Positions 1 through 8,999 of a DNA stretch of 64,000 nucleotides are shown piece after piece. Numbering within the stretch: the first letter of the stretch is position 1; each line of letters starts with the position of its first letter. This DNA comes from an uncultured Sphaerobacteraceae bacterium (GTDB taxonomy: Bacteria; Chloroflexota; Chloroflexia; Thermomicrobiales; UBA6265), in contig CAYJPA010000018.1 in assembly GCA_964371945.1 (NCBI GenBank), forward strand, positions 244 through 64,243, given 5' to 3'. The translations under genes and the position numbers were made by a program. Under the pieces are notes generated by a model. The model was not told the DNA's origin. It saw only the letters and a program-made list of their open reading frames with translations, and did not search any database.

Positions 1-151
1 CACGTTTGCGGGCGGCCGAGGCTGATTTCAAGCCGGCAAGTCCAAGTGCTCCGCCAACTGCCGCTCCAACGGACGCTTTCAGCAACCCACGGCGAGAACC
101 GCCTGCTGCAGTCTTCGCGAGCATGTCCAAACGATTGTCGTCCACGGGCAT
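1..151 (-). CDS. 5' end of a gene running off the left edge; the product begins with a twin-arginine (Tat) signal peptide
   Basis: Not in the ORF track because it is truncated. The reverse strand reads AAGGAGGGA-ATG-CCC-GTG and then MPVDDNRLDMLAKTAAGGSRRGLLKASVGAAVGGALGLAGLKSASAARKR. An SRR-x-LLK motif followed by a Gly/Ala-rich hydrophobic stretch is Tat-like. The start is either the ATG at 151 or the GTG at 145, and the GTG has the better SD spacing. Confidence 0.45.
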   Translation of the reverse strand, partial: MPVDDNRLDMLAKTAAGGSRRGLLKASVGAAVGGALGLAGLKSASAARKR

Positions 152-302
152 TCCCTCCTTAATCGATCTGTTCAGCCCAATCCAGGCACAGTCATTGCCT
201 GACGCGGATGTTCCGGCGTCATCGGACGCGGACGCGAGTCTTCCTACTCTATCGCAATGGCGAGTGAAGTCAATTAATTGTCCGATTGAAAGGAATCCGG
301 GG

Positions 303-381
303 TGCGGACGGCGGGATTCGAACCCGCACGGTTTCCCAACGGTTTTTAAGACCGCAGCGTCTGCCATTCCGCCACGCCCGC
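303..381 (-). tRNA. tRNA-Leu (anticodon UAA)
   Basis: The reverse complement GCGGGCGTGGCGGAATGGCAGACGCTGCGGTCTTAAAAACCGTTGGGAAACCGTGCGGGTTCGAATCCCGCCGTCCGCA folds as a cloverleaf. It has a 7-bp acceptor stem, the anticodon loop CTTAAAA (TAA), an 11-nt variable arm and a GGTTCGAATCC T-loop. CCA is not encoded. Confidence 0.9.
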
Positions 382-464
382 GTCGCTGAACATTATGGAA
401 GTCGTTGGAACGGAAATGCAAAAGACCCCTGAAAGAGGGGTCGCGCCACGCGAATTCCATGTCT

Positions 465-539
465 TGGAGCGGAAGACGGGATTCGAACCCGCGACCTTCT
501 CCTTGGCAAGGAGATGCTCTACCACTGAGCCACTTCCGC
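465..539 (-). tRNA. tRNA-Gly (anticodon GCC)
   Basis: The reverse complement is GCGGAAGTGGCTCAGTGGTAGAGCATCTCCTTGCCAAGGAGAAGGTCGCGGGTTCGAATCCCGTCTTCCGCTCCA. It has the anticodon loop TTGCCAA, a canonical T-loop and an encoded CCA. Confidence 0.95.
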
Positions 540-738
540 ACACTGCCATGTTCGACAGCGACAGGATTTTAGTGCCGCTCCACGAGTGTGTCAAGGCAAA
601 GAGGACCTTGGTGGGCGGTGTATTGCACTCGCTACGGCTCCACGGTGCCGCAAGCCAAGTTCACCCGTGGGAAGGACCACGTGACGCTGTAACACGTCCT
701 TCCTGCCGGCTCAACTAATGGACGGAAGTGTCGACATG

Positions 739-774
739 AGACTGGCTGGGGCGGGATCAGGCCTTAGCCAGTCT
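739..774. repeat. Perfect 9-bp inverted repeat (AGACTGGCT / AGCCAGTCT) with an 18-nt spacer
   Basis: Read directly from the sequence. It spans the TAA that ends the reading frame continuing from the integrase-like relic. Confidence 0.6.
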
Positions 775-856
775 CTTCGTCCTCTTCTTCGAAGACCTCA
801 ACCGTGAGGCGGTCGCGAGTGCCGTAATTATCTGGCACGCCCTCGTGTAAAGCCGT

Positions 857-955
857 TCAGTCGTCAGAGGTGAGAGTCCAGACGATCGTGTAGCCACTCA
901 ATCCCTCGGCTTGCCGGCTGATGAGGTAGTGCTTGATGAGAACCTCGAGCTTCAT
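857..955 (-). pseudogene. Short ORF resembling the N-terminal SAM-like domain of a tyrosine recombinase/integrase (truncated relic)
   Basis: Not in the ORF track (32 codons). The sequence GGGAGGCGAACA-ATG is followed by MKLEVLIKHYLISRQAEGLSGYTIVWTLTSDD and a stop. The stretch YLISRQAEGLSGYTIVW matches the F/YLxxxxxxGLSxxTIxxY pattern of phage-integrase N-terminal domains. After the in-frame TGA, about 30 more codons continue to a TAA at 764. The relic lies downstream of the 3' end of tRNA-Arg. Confidence 0.35.
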
Positions 956-1124
956 TGTTCGCCTCCCAAAGGTGTAACTAAGCTAGAGCTCAGTTTTCAC
1001 CGCGACCACAAACTGAGACGAGATATTGATGGATATCGCCGGTCGTGAGACCACAAACGAGACCCATTTCTTGTTGGATTTCCGGGAGATTTGCTGTTGA
1101 CCTGGGTAGGCTGATGAGGCTTTC

Positions 1125-1200
1125 TGGTACGCCCGGCAGGACTCGAACCTGCGACCTCTTACTCCGGAGGCAAGCGCTCTATCCGCTGAGCTACGGGCGC
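1125..1200 (-). tRNA. tRNA-Arg (anticodon CCG)
   Basis: The reverse complement is GCGCCCGTAGCTCAGCGGATAGAGCGCTTGCCTCCGGAGTAAGAGGTCGCAGGTTCGAGTCCTGCCGGGCGTACCA. It has the anticodon loop CTCCGGA and an encoded CCA. Confidence 0.95.
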
Positions 1201-1399
1201 GTGGAGCCGAGTATACCCCTCGCGCCTCGGTGCCTACAATCACCTTCCGCACTGGCGAGTGAACGGACATCCCACTAGAATTGCCTCGCCCTGTGCAGTC
1301 AGGATCGCCTGCAATTGCCGATCGACCGGCCAATCGATTCTTGACGTTTGAACCGACATTGGAGCCCTGTACGGGATTGATGGAGATCGACGGAGCGAC

Positions 1400-2653
1400 G
1401 TGAGACTGATTCAGCCCCGCCTCAAGCGTGTCTCCAGTACGATCCCGTTCACATGGGCAAGCCTGGGAACGATTGCGACGGTCGCGTTAGTTCTGGCAAT
1501 CGCATTCAGTGGCAGCGCTCGGACCGTATTTTCTGCTCCTTCACAAGCGAATCCACGTTCCCGCTCAGAAGGCCAGAACAACGCGACACCCGTTCCGTCA
1601 GGTTCCACTCAAACGGCAACAGCCGATTCTCCTGAAACGAATGGCCTCGGAGTGCCAACGGAAGCCCCGCCGGACCCTGTAACCGCCGCGATCGACCAGC
1701 TCCTCGCGCCGGAGGAAGGCATCTTCGGCGTCGTGCTGATGGACCCAGACGGCGAAGTCGACTACAGCCGGAATGCCGGCGCCCCCTTCGTCTCCGCCAG
1801 TCTGTACAAGCTGATTCTGATGGCCGATATCTGTCGTGCGGTGAATGACGGCATCTTGTCGCTCGATATGGGGCTTTACGTCGACGCCTCGTACTTCTCG
1901 GAGTTCGACGGCACCGATTCCTATTTCGATCCGAGTTTTGCCGGGTATGACACGACGATTGAGGAAGCGCTTCTTGCGACTGGAGCCTATTCGAGCAATG
2001 TGGCGGCTCATGCATTGCTGACCTTGACCTCCACTGAAGAGCTGAACGCCACGGCGGCCGACCTCGGCCTGACCGAAACGTACCTCTTTACTGATCCGGA
2101 GACGACCGCGAACTGGCCACCGGATGAAGGGGACGGACTTAGCAAGAAGGACGCGAAAATCGTCAAGGAGCTCATCCTGAGCTATGCGACGGACGGCCAG
2201 GTGAACCTCACGACGCCGCGGGACATGGCGAGGTATTTCCAGCTCCTGTTGAGCGGAGAGATCTTCAACGAGTCCGTGTCGACGATGATCCTCGAGATTC
2301 TGGAGCAGCAACAGGTCGACAATCGCTTTCCGGCGTTGCTTCCGGCGGATACGAGGATGGTGCACAAGACCGGAAATCTCAATCTTGTCGTTCATGACGT
2401 GGGCGTCATCTATTCGCCCAAGGGGGCCAAGATACTGGTCGCAATGGTCGAAGCGCCTGGCGATGATGCGCGCGCGACGGCGGTTGTGCAGCGGTTGGCG
2501 TTGATTGCTTACGGCACGCTGGAGATCCCGCCGATGCCTCCCATGGCGACACCGGTCGGAGACGGAACGGGATTCGACGCCGTTGCCACTGCCGCATCCG
2601 GGACCCCGGAAGCGAGGATGACTGGCGACTCTGCTACCGAAACGCCAACCTGA
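1400..2653 (+). CDS. Membrane-anchored serine hydrolase of the class A beta-lactamase / penicillin-binding fold
   Basis: 417-aa ORF with a GTG start after GGAG. It has an N-terminal TM helix and then a Pro/Thr-rich linker. All three motifs are present: SxxK (SASLYK), SxN (YSSN) and KTG (HKTGN). Confidence 0.7.
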   Translation: MRLIQPRLKRVSSTIPFTWASLGTIATVALVLAIAFSGSARTVFSAPSQANPRSRSEGQNNATPVPSGSTQTATADSPETNGLGVPTEAPPDPVTAAIDQLLAPEEGIFGVVLMDPDGEVDYSRNAGAPFVSASLYKLILMADICRAVNDGILSLDMGLYVDASYFSEFDGTDSYFDPSFAGYDTTIEEALLATGAYSSNVAAHALLTLTSTEELNATAADLGLTETYLFTDPETTANWPPDEGDGLSKKDAKIVKELILSYATDGQVNLTTPRDMARYFQLLLSGEIFNESVSTMILEILEQQQVDNRFPALLPADTRMVHKTGNLNLVVHDVGVIYSPKGAKILVAMVEAPGDDARATAVVQRLALIAYGTLEIPPMPPMATPVGDGTGFDAVATAASGTPEARMTGDSATETPT

Positions 2654-3064
2654 GCACTTGCAGGCCCGTACCAACTCACGACGTGCTCAAATGTTCGAGT
2701 TGTTTTGTATGGTGATAGATGACCGATTCGGTTCTATTTTCTCTGGTCTGACAGCCGGTTCGCCTGACTAGTCCGTGCCTAATTGTCAAAGTGCTGTACA
2801 ATAGGGTGTACGATTGCTATGATCCGGCCAAAGGGGGTTCAGCCCGTGAGGGCTCAGCGATAACCATAGTCTCGCCGGCAAACAACACCGCGGAGATCGA
2901 AGCACAGGATCGTTCATGTCAATGGGGAATTTCGTCAGGTCGCCGGCCGCGGAACGGACCTGTTCGTAGATTCAAATGAGTGCCGATTCGTTCGGGTGGG
3001 TGTTGACCCGTGGGTTATTGAACATCCCTCGGTCTGAGCTGATTGCGGCTTCCTTCGATTTTAT

Positions 3065-4255
3065 GTGTACGCAACCGTCGCCATTGGAGCAGAACTTCTC
3101 GTGATGCGGAGCTTCTCAATCGGTCGAATTCAGGGGATCGATCTGCGCGTGCACTCGACCTTTGGACTTGTGCTGCTTTGGGTGATCTACAGCTTCGGCA
3201 TTTCGAACAATGGCGGCCTGAGCACGTTGCTGTATGGGTTCGTATTGTTTCTGTTCGTCTTCGTTTCCGTTGTGCTCCACGAGCTCGGTCACTGCCTGAT
3301 GGCTCAAGAATTCGGGATTCGGGTGCAGAACATCACGCTCTTCCCATTTGGCGGAGCGGCGTTCATCGAACAGATGCCGATGCGGCCGCGCTCGGAATTC
3401 ATGATCACGATCGCGGGACCAGCGGTCAATGTTGCTATTGCGGTGGCCATGTTGCCGCTTTTGCTGCTGTTCGGTGTTATCAAAAGCTTTGACTCCGCTG
3501 GGGATTACTTCAGGTATCTCGATTCAGTCGCCTTCTCTGGGATACTGATTTACGTTTTCTTCGCGAACATCATGATCGTGCTCTTCAACTTGCTACCGGC
3601 ATTCCCGATGGATGGCGGCCGGTTGGTTCGCGCGGGGCTGACGACGGCGATTGGTCGCGAGCACGCGACCTCGATCGCGGTCGGGTTTGGTTTCACCTGT
3701 GCATGCGCCTTCGCGATCGTTGGAATTTGGATCGGCGAATACGGGCTGCCGTTAATGGGCATTTTTGTCGTGGTCGCGGCCTATGCCGAGGGCAAGGCAG
3801 TCCGGCTAGAAAGCTCGATGCGACGGCTTCGAGTCGGGCAGTTTGCACTTTGGGACTCAGGCGGCATCTCGGTGAAGGCGCCACTGACGGCCGCATTACG
3901 CGGTGGTCCGCGCGACTTGGTCGTGACCGATGGCGGTCAGGTGGTGGGCATGCTCTGGCGCCAGGACGTGCTGAAGGCGCTCAACGGCGGCGCCGGGGCT
4001 CGAAGCGTGACCGACGTCATGGAACCCGATGTGTTCACGGTCGACATCGATGATTCCGTCTACGACGTGCAGCAACAGATGCAGAAAACGAGCCGCTGGG
4101 CGGTTCCCGTCGTGGATGGCGGAAATTATCGGGGCATTTTCACGGCGGAACGATTCGTCCACGTCTACAGCTACTTGAACACGCAAACCCCCAGGCGCAG
4201 GCGTGTCGCAGGCTGGCGTGAGCAACTCGGCAGCGCCTTCCGCGGTGTCCGGTAG
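3065..4255 (+). CDS. Site-2 protease family (peptidase M50) with a C-terminal CBS pair
   Basis: HExxH is present as VLHELGHCL, and the second M50 motif as NLLPAFPMDGGR. There are several TM helices and a C-terminal CBS-like tandem (VVTDGGQVVGMLWRQDV ... VPVVDGGNYRGIFTAERF). The true start is probably the ATG at 3104 (MRSFSIGRIQGIDLRVH). Confidence 0.85.
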   Translation: MYATVAIGAELLVMRSFSIGRIQGIDLRVHSTFGLVLLWVIYSFGISNNGGLSTLLYGFVLFLFVFVSVVLHELGHCLMAQEFGIRVQNITLFPFGGAAFIEQMPMRPRSEFMITIAGPAVNVAIAVAMLPLLLLFGVIKSFDSAGDYFRYLDSVAFSGILIYVFFANIMIVLFNLLPAFPMDGGRLVRAGLTTAIGREHATSIAVGFGFTCACAFAIVGIWIGEYGLPLMGIFVVVAAYAEGKAVRLESSMRRLRVGQFALWDSGGISVKAPLTAALRGGPRDLVVTDGGQVVGMLWRQDVLKALNGGAGARSVTDVMEPDVFTVDIDDSVYDVQQQMQKTSRWAVPVVDGGNYRGIFTAERFVHVYSYLNTQTPRRRRVAGWREQLGSAFRGVR

Positions 4256-4324
4256 CCCTAACGGCAGCTCAGCATTTCAGTTCACTGAAGTTGAGACGAA
4301 TTCTCATTATTATTGTGCGTAAGG

Positions 4325-4353
4325 TTGACCAAGGAGCGACAGGAGAGTAGCAT
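4325..4353 (+). promoter_or_regulatory. Candidate sigma-70-type promoter for the rrf2 / cysteine desulfurase operon
   Basis: TTGACC, a 17-nt spacer, then TAGCAT. It sits in an AT-richer spacer about 45 nt upstream of the Rrf2 start. Confidence 0.3.
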
Positions 4354-4398
4354 GTGATGGGAACGGGTGCCCAGTTTGGTCGCGTTTCCGGAGGAACG

Positions 4399-4866
4399 AT
4401 GAAAGTATCAACTCGAGGAGAGTACGGCGTTCGCGCAATGGTTTCATTGGCCAAGGCGTTCGGCAAAGGGCCGATGTCGATTACCGCGATGGCCAAAGAC
4501 TCCTCTGTTCCGTATGCATATCTCGAGCAACTGATTGTTCCGCTGCGCCGGGCAGGTCTCGTCGAAAGCCGCCGGGGCGCCCATGGCGGATACGTGCTGA
4601 CGAGATCGCCGGAACTTGTGGTCGTCGGCGAGGTCTATCGGGTTATGGAAGGTCCGGTCGCGCCGATGGACTGTGTTTCAGAAGATCCGACCGATCAGAC
4701 GTGCCCATTGATTCCGGGTTGCCAAACTCGCCCCGTGTGGGTCAAAGTGCGAGATTCGATTGTCGATGCGCTCGATTCCATGACGTTGGCCGACCTGGTC
4801 AACAACTCCGAGGGACGGCACGTACCGCGACTCTCCGAGGTCCCAGTGGAATCCGTCACGGCCTAG
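4399..4866 (+). CDS. Rrf2 family transcriptional regulator (IscR/CymR-like)
   Basis: GGAGGAACG-ATG is followed by MKVSTRGEYGVRAMVSLA... and HGGYVLTRSPE, with three C-terminal Cys (CVSEDPTDQTCPLIPGC) typical of cluster-binding Rrf2 proteins. The start was moved from 4354 to the conserved MK(V/L)S(T)RG N-terminus. Confidence 0.85.
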   Translation: MKVSTRGEYGVRAMVSLAKAFGKGPMSITAMAKDSSVPYAYLEQLIVPLRRAGLVESRRGAHGGYVLTRSPELVVVGEVYRVMEGPVAPMDCVSEDPTDQTCPLIPGCQTRPVWVKVRDSIVDALDSMTLADLVNNSEGRHVPRLSEVPVESVTA

Positions 4867-4909
4867 TTCTTCGCCCTTCCAAACAAACCGAAACGACACG
4901 GTATACTTG

Positions 4910-6094
4910 ATGACTTCCGACGCCATTTATCTTGACCACGCCGCGACCACACCGGTCGATCCCCGCGTTGTCGAAGCGATGCTGCCGTATTTCACGGAGA
5001 GACCCGGGAATCCGTCGAGCATTTATCAGCTTGGACAAGAAGCGAGGGCGGGTATCGACCGGGCGCGAACTTCGGTCGCACGCGTACTTGGCGCGCAGCC
5101 ATCAGAGGTGCTCTTCACCAGTGGCGCGACCGAGAGTGACAATCTGGCATTGACAGGGGCCGCCTGGCGAATGCGGCTCGACTTCCCAAACGATCCCGTG
5201 CCGCACATTGTCACAACGACCACCGAGCACCATGCCGTTCTGCATTCGGCGAAGTGGTTGGAACGACTCGGCTTCAGCGTCACGTACGTTGCATGCGACC
5301 GTGAGGGTTTTGTGTCGCCGGAGGCAATCGCGGAGGCTATCCGTCCGGAGACAGCTCTCGTGTCGGTGATCTACGCGAACAATGAGGTTGGCACCATTCA
5401 GCCGATCCCAGAGATCGGGCTGGTCGTGAGGGAGCGAGGAGCTCAGTTCCACGTGGACGCGACGCAGGCGCCTGGATTGCTGCCGCTCGGGGTTGATCTC
5501 CTACATGTCGATTTGCTGTCGCTCTCGGCTCACAAGTTCTACGGACCCAAGGGCGTCGGCGCGCTTTATGTTCGTCGCAAGACCCCGATTGCCTATCAGC
5601 AACACGGCGGGGGTCAAGAGAGCGGGAGGCGAGGCGGGACGGAGAATGTGGCCGGAATCGTCGGACTCGGCGTTGCGCTCGAACTGGCGGAGTCGGGCAG
5701 GGCCGGTTACATCGAGCATTGCCTGCGATTGCGCAATCACCTCTATGCGGGCATTCTGGAGCGAATCCCCGAGGTTGAGCTCAATGGTCCAGCCGATTGG
5801 GGCCAACGACTGCCGAGCAATCTGAGTGTTTCAGTTCGAGAAGTGCAGGGCGAGACGGTCCTGCTCAGCCTGGATATGCTGGGAATTGCCGCTTCGGCCG
5901 GCTCCGCCTGTACGACGGGCAATTCGGAGCCGAGCCACGTGCTGCTGGCAATGGGGCTCTCCGAAGAGCGAGCCCGATCCAGCCTGCGGTTCACGGTCGG
6001 ACGCTCGAACTCCGCCGAGGAGATCGATGAAGTCGTGGACGTGCTCGCCGAAACAGTCGAACGACTTCGCTCAATGGCGTTGGTGCGACCGTAA
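4910..6094 (+). CDS. nifS: Cysteine desulfurase (NifS/IscS class, PLP-dependent)
   Basis: IYLDHAATTP at the N-terminus. The PLP lysine motif is SLSAHKFYGPKG. GGGQESGRRGGTENV is present, and the catalytic Cys loop is SAGSACTTG. Confidence 0.9.
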   Translation: MTSDAIYLDHAATTPVDPRVVEAMLPYFTERPGNPSSIYQLGQEARAGIDRARTSVARVLGAQPSEVLFTSGATESDNLALTGAAWRMRLDFPNDPVPHIVTTTTEHHAVLHSAKWLERLGFSVTYVACDREGFVSPEAIAEAIRPETALVSVIYANNEVGTIQPIPEIGLVVRERGAQFHVDATQAPGLLPLGVDLLHVDLLSLSAHKFYGPKGVGALYVRRKTPIAYQQHGGGQESGRRGGTENVAGIVGLGVALELAESGRAGYIEHCLRLRNHLYAGILERIPEVELNGPADWGQRLPSNLSVSVREVQGETVLLSLDMLGIAASAGSACTTGNSEPSHVLLAMGLSEERARSSLRFTVGRSNSAEEIDEVVDVLAETVERLRSMALVRP

Positions 6095-6101
6095 TGAGAA
6101 C

Positions 6102-6806
6102 CTACATCGCCGCGTCGACTGGCTCCATGCCGGCGGCGGCAACGGCGGCTTCGAGTGCAGTGCGGATGTCTTGTCCCCGAACCTGCCCAAGTGACGGGAG
6201 CTCAGCGAGCGAGCGCAGGCCAAAGTGCAACAGGAACTCAGGCGTGGAACCGTACTGGATGGCATTGCCGGGTCCATTGACGCGTCCGACTTGCTCGATC
6301 AATCCGCGCTCGAGAAGGGTATGCAGCACGCCTGTGCAGTCGACGCCGCGCACCGACTCGATTTCGGACCGGGTCACCGGTTGCTGATAGGCGACGATCG
6401 CCAGCGTTTCGAGCGACGCGCCCGAAAGACGCGTTTCGCGATCGAGCCCGAGGAAGCGGCGGACATGTGCTGCAAATCGCGGAGCGGTCGCCAGTTGAAT
6501 CTTTCCGGCGTGACGCTGAATGACCCATCCGCCGTCGTGGCGTTGCTCCAGCGCCGCCACGGCCGCGTCAACCGCATTCACGGAAATGCCCGCCCCGCTT
6601 GCGAGCTCTTCAATGGTGGCCGGAGCCGGCGCGACGAGCAACAGCGCCTCGATCAACGAGGCGAGCTCATTGGGTTCAGACGATCCGTCGAACGCGAGCT
6701 GCTCGAGCATAGGTCGTCGCTCTATCGGAGCGCCGTCCGCGAGCACGCCGTCGCCAGCGATCGCAATTCGTCCAAGGGCATGAGGTTCGGCGAGGTGTGT
6801 GGTCAT
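6102..6806 (-). CDS. scpB: Segregation and condensation protein B
   Basis: IEALLLVAPAP, LSGASLETLAIVAYQQPVTRSEIESVRGV and GPGNAIQYGSTPEFLLHFGL are all present. Its start overlaps the scpA stop (TGATG). Confidence 0.9.
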   Translation of the reverse strand: MTTHLAEPHALGRIAIAGDGVLADGAPIERRPMLEQLAFDGSSEPNELASLIEALLLVAPAPATIEELASGAGISVNAVDAAVAALEQRHDGGWVIQRHAGKIQLATAPRFAAHVRRFLGLDRETRLSGASLETLAIVAYQQPVTRSEIESVRGVDCTGVLHTLLERGLIEQVGRVNGPGNAIQYGSTPEFLLHFGLRSLAELPSLGQVRGQDIRTALEAAVAAAGMEPVDAAM

Positions 6807-7603
6807 CAGTCATCCATCGTGAGGGCGATGCCGTCCGCGGACGGCTGCAAACTGACGGTGAGCCGGCGAACGGTGATTTCGCCGAATGGAGTTTCTTGCT
6901 CCGCATCAACGACCCGTCGCCGGATCAAGACGAGGATCGCGAGAAAGGCGGTTCGCAGTTCATGGGCGTCCTGACAATCGCGCGCGATGCCGCTGAAGCT
7001 GGCGATCGGCCGGATCGTGACCGCGTGCAAAACACGCTCGACCATCTCTCGAAGCGAAACCAGCGGTTTCACCTGCATGAGCATTCGAGTTGACGGAACC
7101 ACGGTCAACCGCCGCCTTAGCGCGCGAGCCAGCCAGTTCGCCTCGTGCGCGGCGAGCTTCGGCGGCGCGACGGCCATCGGGGTCGCGACACCGCCCAAAG
7201 CGCGGGCGAATCCACCTTCGCCTCGGCGATCGCGCTCCATCAGATTCATCGCCGCGAGCTTCACGGCTCGATACTCGATCAACTCGCGAGCGAGATCGCT
7301 TTCGATATCATCTTCTTCGGCCGCCGGCGGGCGAGGCAACAGGGATCGCGACTTCAGCAGCACCAGCCGTGCGCCGACGTTGGTGAACTCGGCAATCATG
7401 CCGGCATCGGCGCGCGCGAGGGTTGCGATGTAAGCCAGAAACTGCTCGGTGACCGTGACCAGGGAAACGTCCGTGATCTGCAGCTGACTGCGCTCGACGA
7501 GACGCAGCAGAACATCGAGCGGCCCCTCGAACGAGGGCAGCCGTAACTGGTAGCCGAGAACTTCAATTGTTTCGAACGGAGTGTCAGTGTTCACAGCAGT
7601 CAC
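6806..7603 (-). CDS. scpA: Segregation and condensation protein A (kleisin)
   Basis: The N-terminal FEGPLDVLLRLVERSQLQITDVSLVTVTEQFLAYI is the ScpA signature. It is translationally coupled to scpB. Confidence 0.9.
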   Translation of the reverse strand: MTAVNTDTPFETIEVLGYQLRLPSFEGPLDVLLRLVERSQLQITDVSLVTVTEQFLAYIATLARADAGMIAEFTNVGARLVLLKSRSLLPRPPAAEEDDIESDLARELIEYRAVKLAAMNLMERDRRGEGGFARALGGVATPMAVAPPKLAAHEANWLARALRRRLTVVPSTRMLMQVKPLVSLREMVERVLHAVTIRPIASFSGIARDCQDAHELRTAFLAILVLIRRRVVDAEQETPFGEITVRRLTVSLQPSADGIALTMDD

Positions 7604-7663
7604 AGTTTACGCGATTTCGGGGCGTACGTCCGCTTTTTCAGCGACTGAACTGTGATTGTTGAG

Positions 7664-8173
7664 TCACACTATACGATCTGCCCGTATGAGGAGAGCCAAA
7701 TCGGGATCGGGCGGCGGGGGGTTGTCGGCGTGATGCTCGATGAGCCAGCACGTTCGTTCCGAACAGCCGAGCCGCGCGGCCCATTCCGCGCCGAGCCTGG
7801 GGTGATGGACGGTCAAGGCAAGACCCAATCGCCACTTCGGAGACGGCAGGCGCGCAAGCCGTACGAGAACGCGTGGTGCAGTGCTCTCGAGCAGAACGGA
7901 CACCGTCCGATCGATGAGGCGAACGCGGCCGCAAAGCGCGGCCTTGCCCAGATCGTGCAGCAAACCCGCGACCAGCAAATCTCGATCTGTCACGTCCTCG
8001 GCAACGAGCCAACGATAGACGGCGCACAAGTGCGACTGATCGTATGCCGGGAGTCTGGCGAACGCGTTCTGCTGATCCTTGGTGAGCGCTTGACTGAGGA
8101 TGGCATTGTAGTCCGCGGGTCTCGGTGGACGAAAGCCGCGAATTCCCTGTTTGAACCGGCCGAGCGCGGACAT
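7664..8173 (-). CDS. HD domain-containing protein (metal-dependent phosphohydrolase)
   Basis: LLHDLGKA is an HD motif, with a later HH. The start was moved to the ATG at 8173 (MSALGRFKQG) to avoid a 76-nt overlap with the upstream gene. Confidence 0.65.
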   Translation of the reverse strand: MSALGRFKQGIRGFRPPRPADYNAILSQALTKDQQNAFARLPAYDQSHLCAVYRWLVAEDVTDRDLLVAGLLHDLGKAALCGRVRLIDRTVSVLLESTAPRVLVRLARLPSPKWRLGLALTVHHPRLGAEWAARLGCSERTCWLIEHHADNPPPPDPDLALLIRADRIV

Positions 8174-8187
8174 CCGTCGCCGTCCGC

Positions 8188-8964
8188 CTAGAAGAGGATG
8201 CGGATGAGGAGTTGTTGCAGTGGGGCGGTCATTTCGTAGGTGATAGAGGGGAGGTTCAGCCAATCGGTTACGAAGAAAAGGCCAAACAGGATCATGAAAC
8301 CATAGCGCTCGAGCGGCGCCAGAATGGGATACCAGAAACTGGGCAGAAGGCCGAGCAGTATCTTGTGGCCGTCCAGCGGCGGAATCGGAATCATGTTGAA
8401 CGACGCGAGCAGGATGTTAACCCAAGCGTAGAGGATTACAAAAACCTCTAGCGGGGAGTAGTTTTCGATCTGAAAGCCCCCGGCGATCAACTGGAAGTCA
8501 CGAAGACCCAATCCCAATCCACGGATCAAAGCGGCGGCTGCAAGTGCCTGGGCCAAATTGGAGAGGGGTCCTGCGACGGCAACGACCGCCATCGCTCGTT
8601 TGCGGCCGTCAACGCCCTTACCTAGGACCCCACTCTGCAACCGGTTCGGGTTGACAGGTACTGGTTTGCCCCAACCGATGAACCCAAAACCAAGCGAGAT
8701 CATTACCATGCCGAAAAAGCCATATGGCTCAAAATGCGACGCGGGATTCAGAGTGATCCTGCCGAGATCACGCGCGGTCGAGTCACCCAAGCGCCAGGCG
8801 GTGTAGGCATGCATGAATTCATGCACAGCGGTCGCTATCACGAACGACGCTAGAAACGAAACAATGATCTCGCCCGGCGGTAAGCTGTGACCACCAACGA
8901 CTTGCAGCGCGAGCACCAGCAAAAGAAACAGGAAGATCCCCGATTGAGGATCTCCCCGGTTCAC
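8188..8964 (-). CDS. Site-2 protease family protein (peptidase M50, no CBS domains)
   Basis: HExxH is present as AVHEFMHAY, and the second motif as NMIPIPPLDGHK. The protein is polytopic. The maximal ORF starts at 9123, inside the upstream ABC ATPase gene. The GTG at 8964 (VNRGDPQSGIFLFLLL) is the first start beyond that gene. The start remains uncertain. Confidence 0.7.
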   Translation of the reverse strand: MNRGDPQSGIFLFLLLVLALQVVGGHSLPPGEIIVSFLASFVIATAVHEFMHAYTAWRLGDSTARDLGRITLNPASHFEPYGFFGMVMISLGFGFIGWGKPVPVNPNRLQSGVLGKGVDGRKRAMAVVAVAGPLSNLAQALAAAALIRGLGLGLRDFQLIAGGFQIENYSPLEVFVILYAWVNILLASFNMIPIPPLDGHKILLGLLPSFWYPILAPLERYGFMILFGLFFVTDWLNLPSITYEMTAPLQQLLIRILF

Positions 8965-8999
8965 AAAGCCAAGTTGTCGCGGATCGCGCCCGTTGATCG

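Noticed and set aside
6-1333. ORFs 6-389, 346-594, 395-718, 983-1333 and 1045-1278 from the track
   Set aside because: They run through the three tRNA genes, or lie antisense to the real 5' gene fragment at 1-151. Their translations have no protein-like features.
1598-2674. 358-aa ORF antisense to the serine hydrolase gene
   Set aside because: It is Arg/Gly/Pro-rich with no motifs, and it lies entirely inside a gene that has clear SxxK/SxN/KTG motifs on the other strand. This is a typical long antisense ORF in high-GC DNA. The same reasoning applies to 23600-24433, 32633-33415, 15012-15572 and 15894-16706.
2930-2975. SRP-RNA-like GTCAGGTC...GGACCTG hairpin
   Set aside because: It shares only the CAGGTC stem with 4.5S RNA. 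The conserved GGAA tetraloop and the AGCA/GGAAG symmetric-loop sequences are absent.
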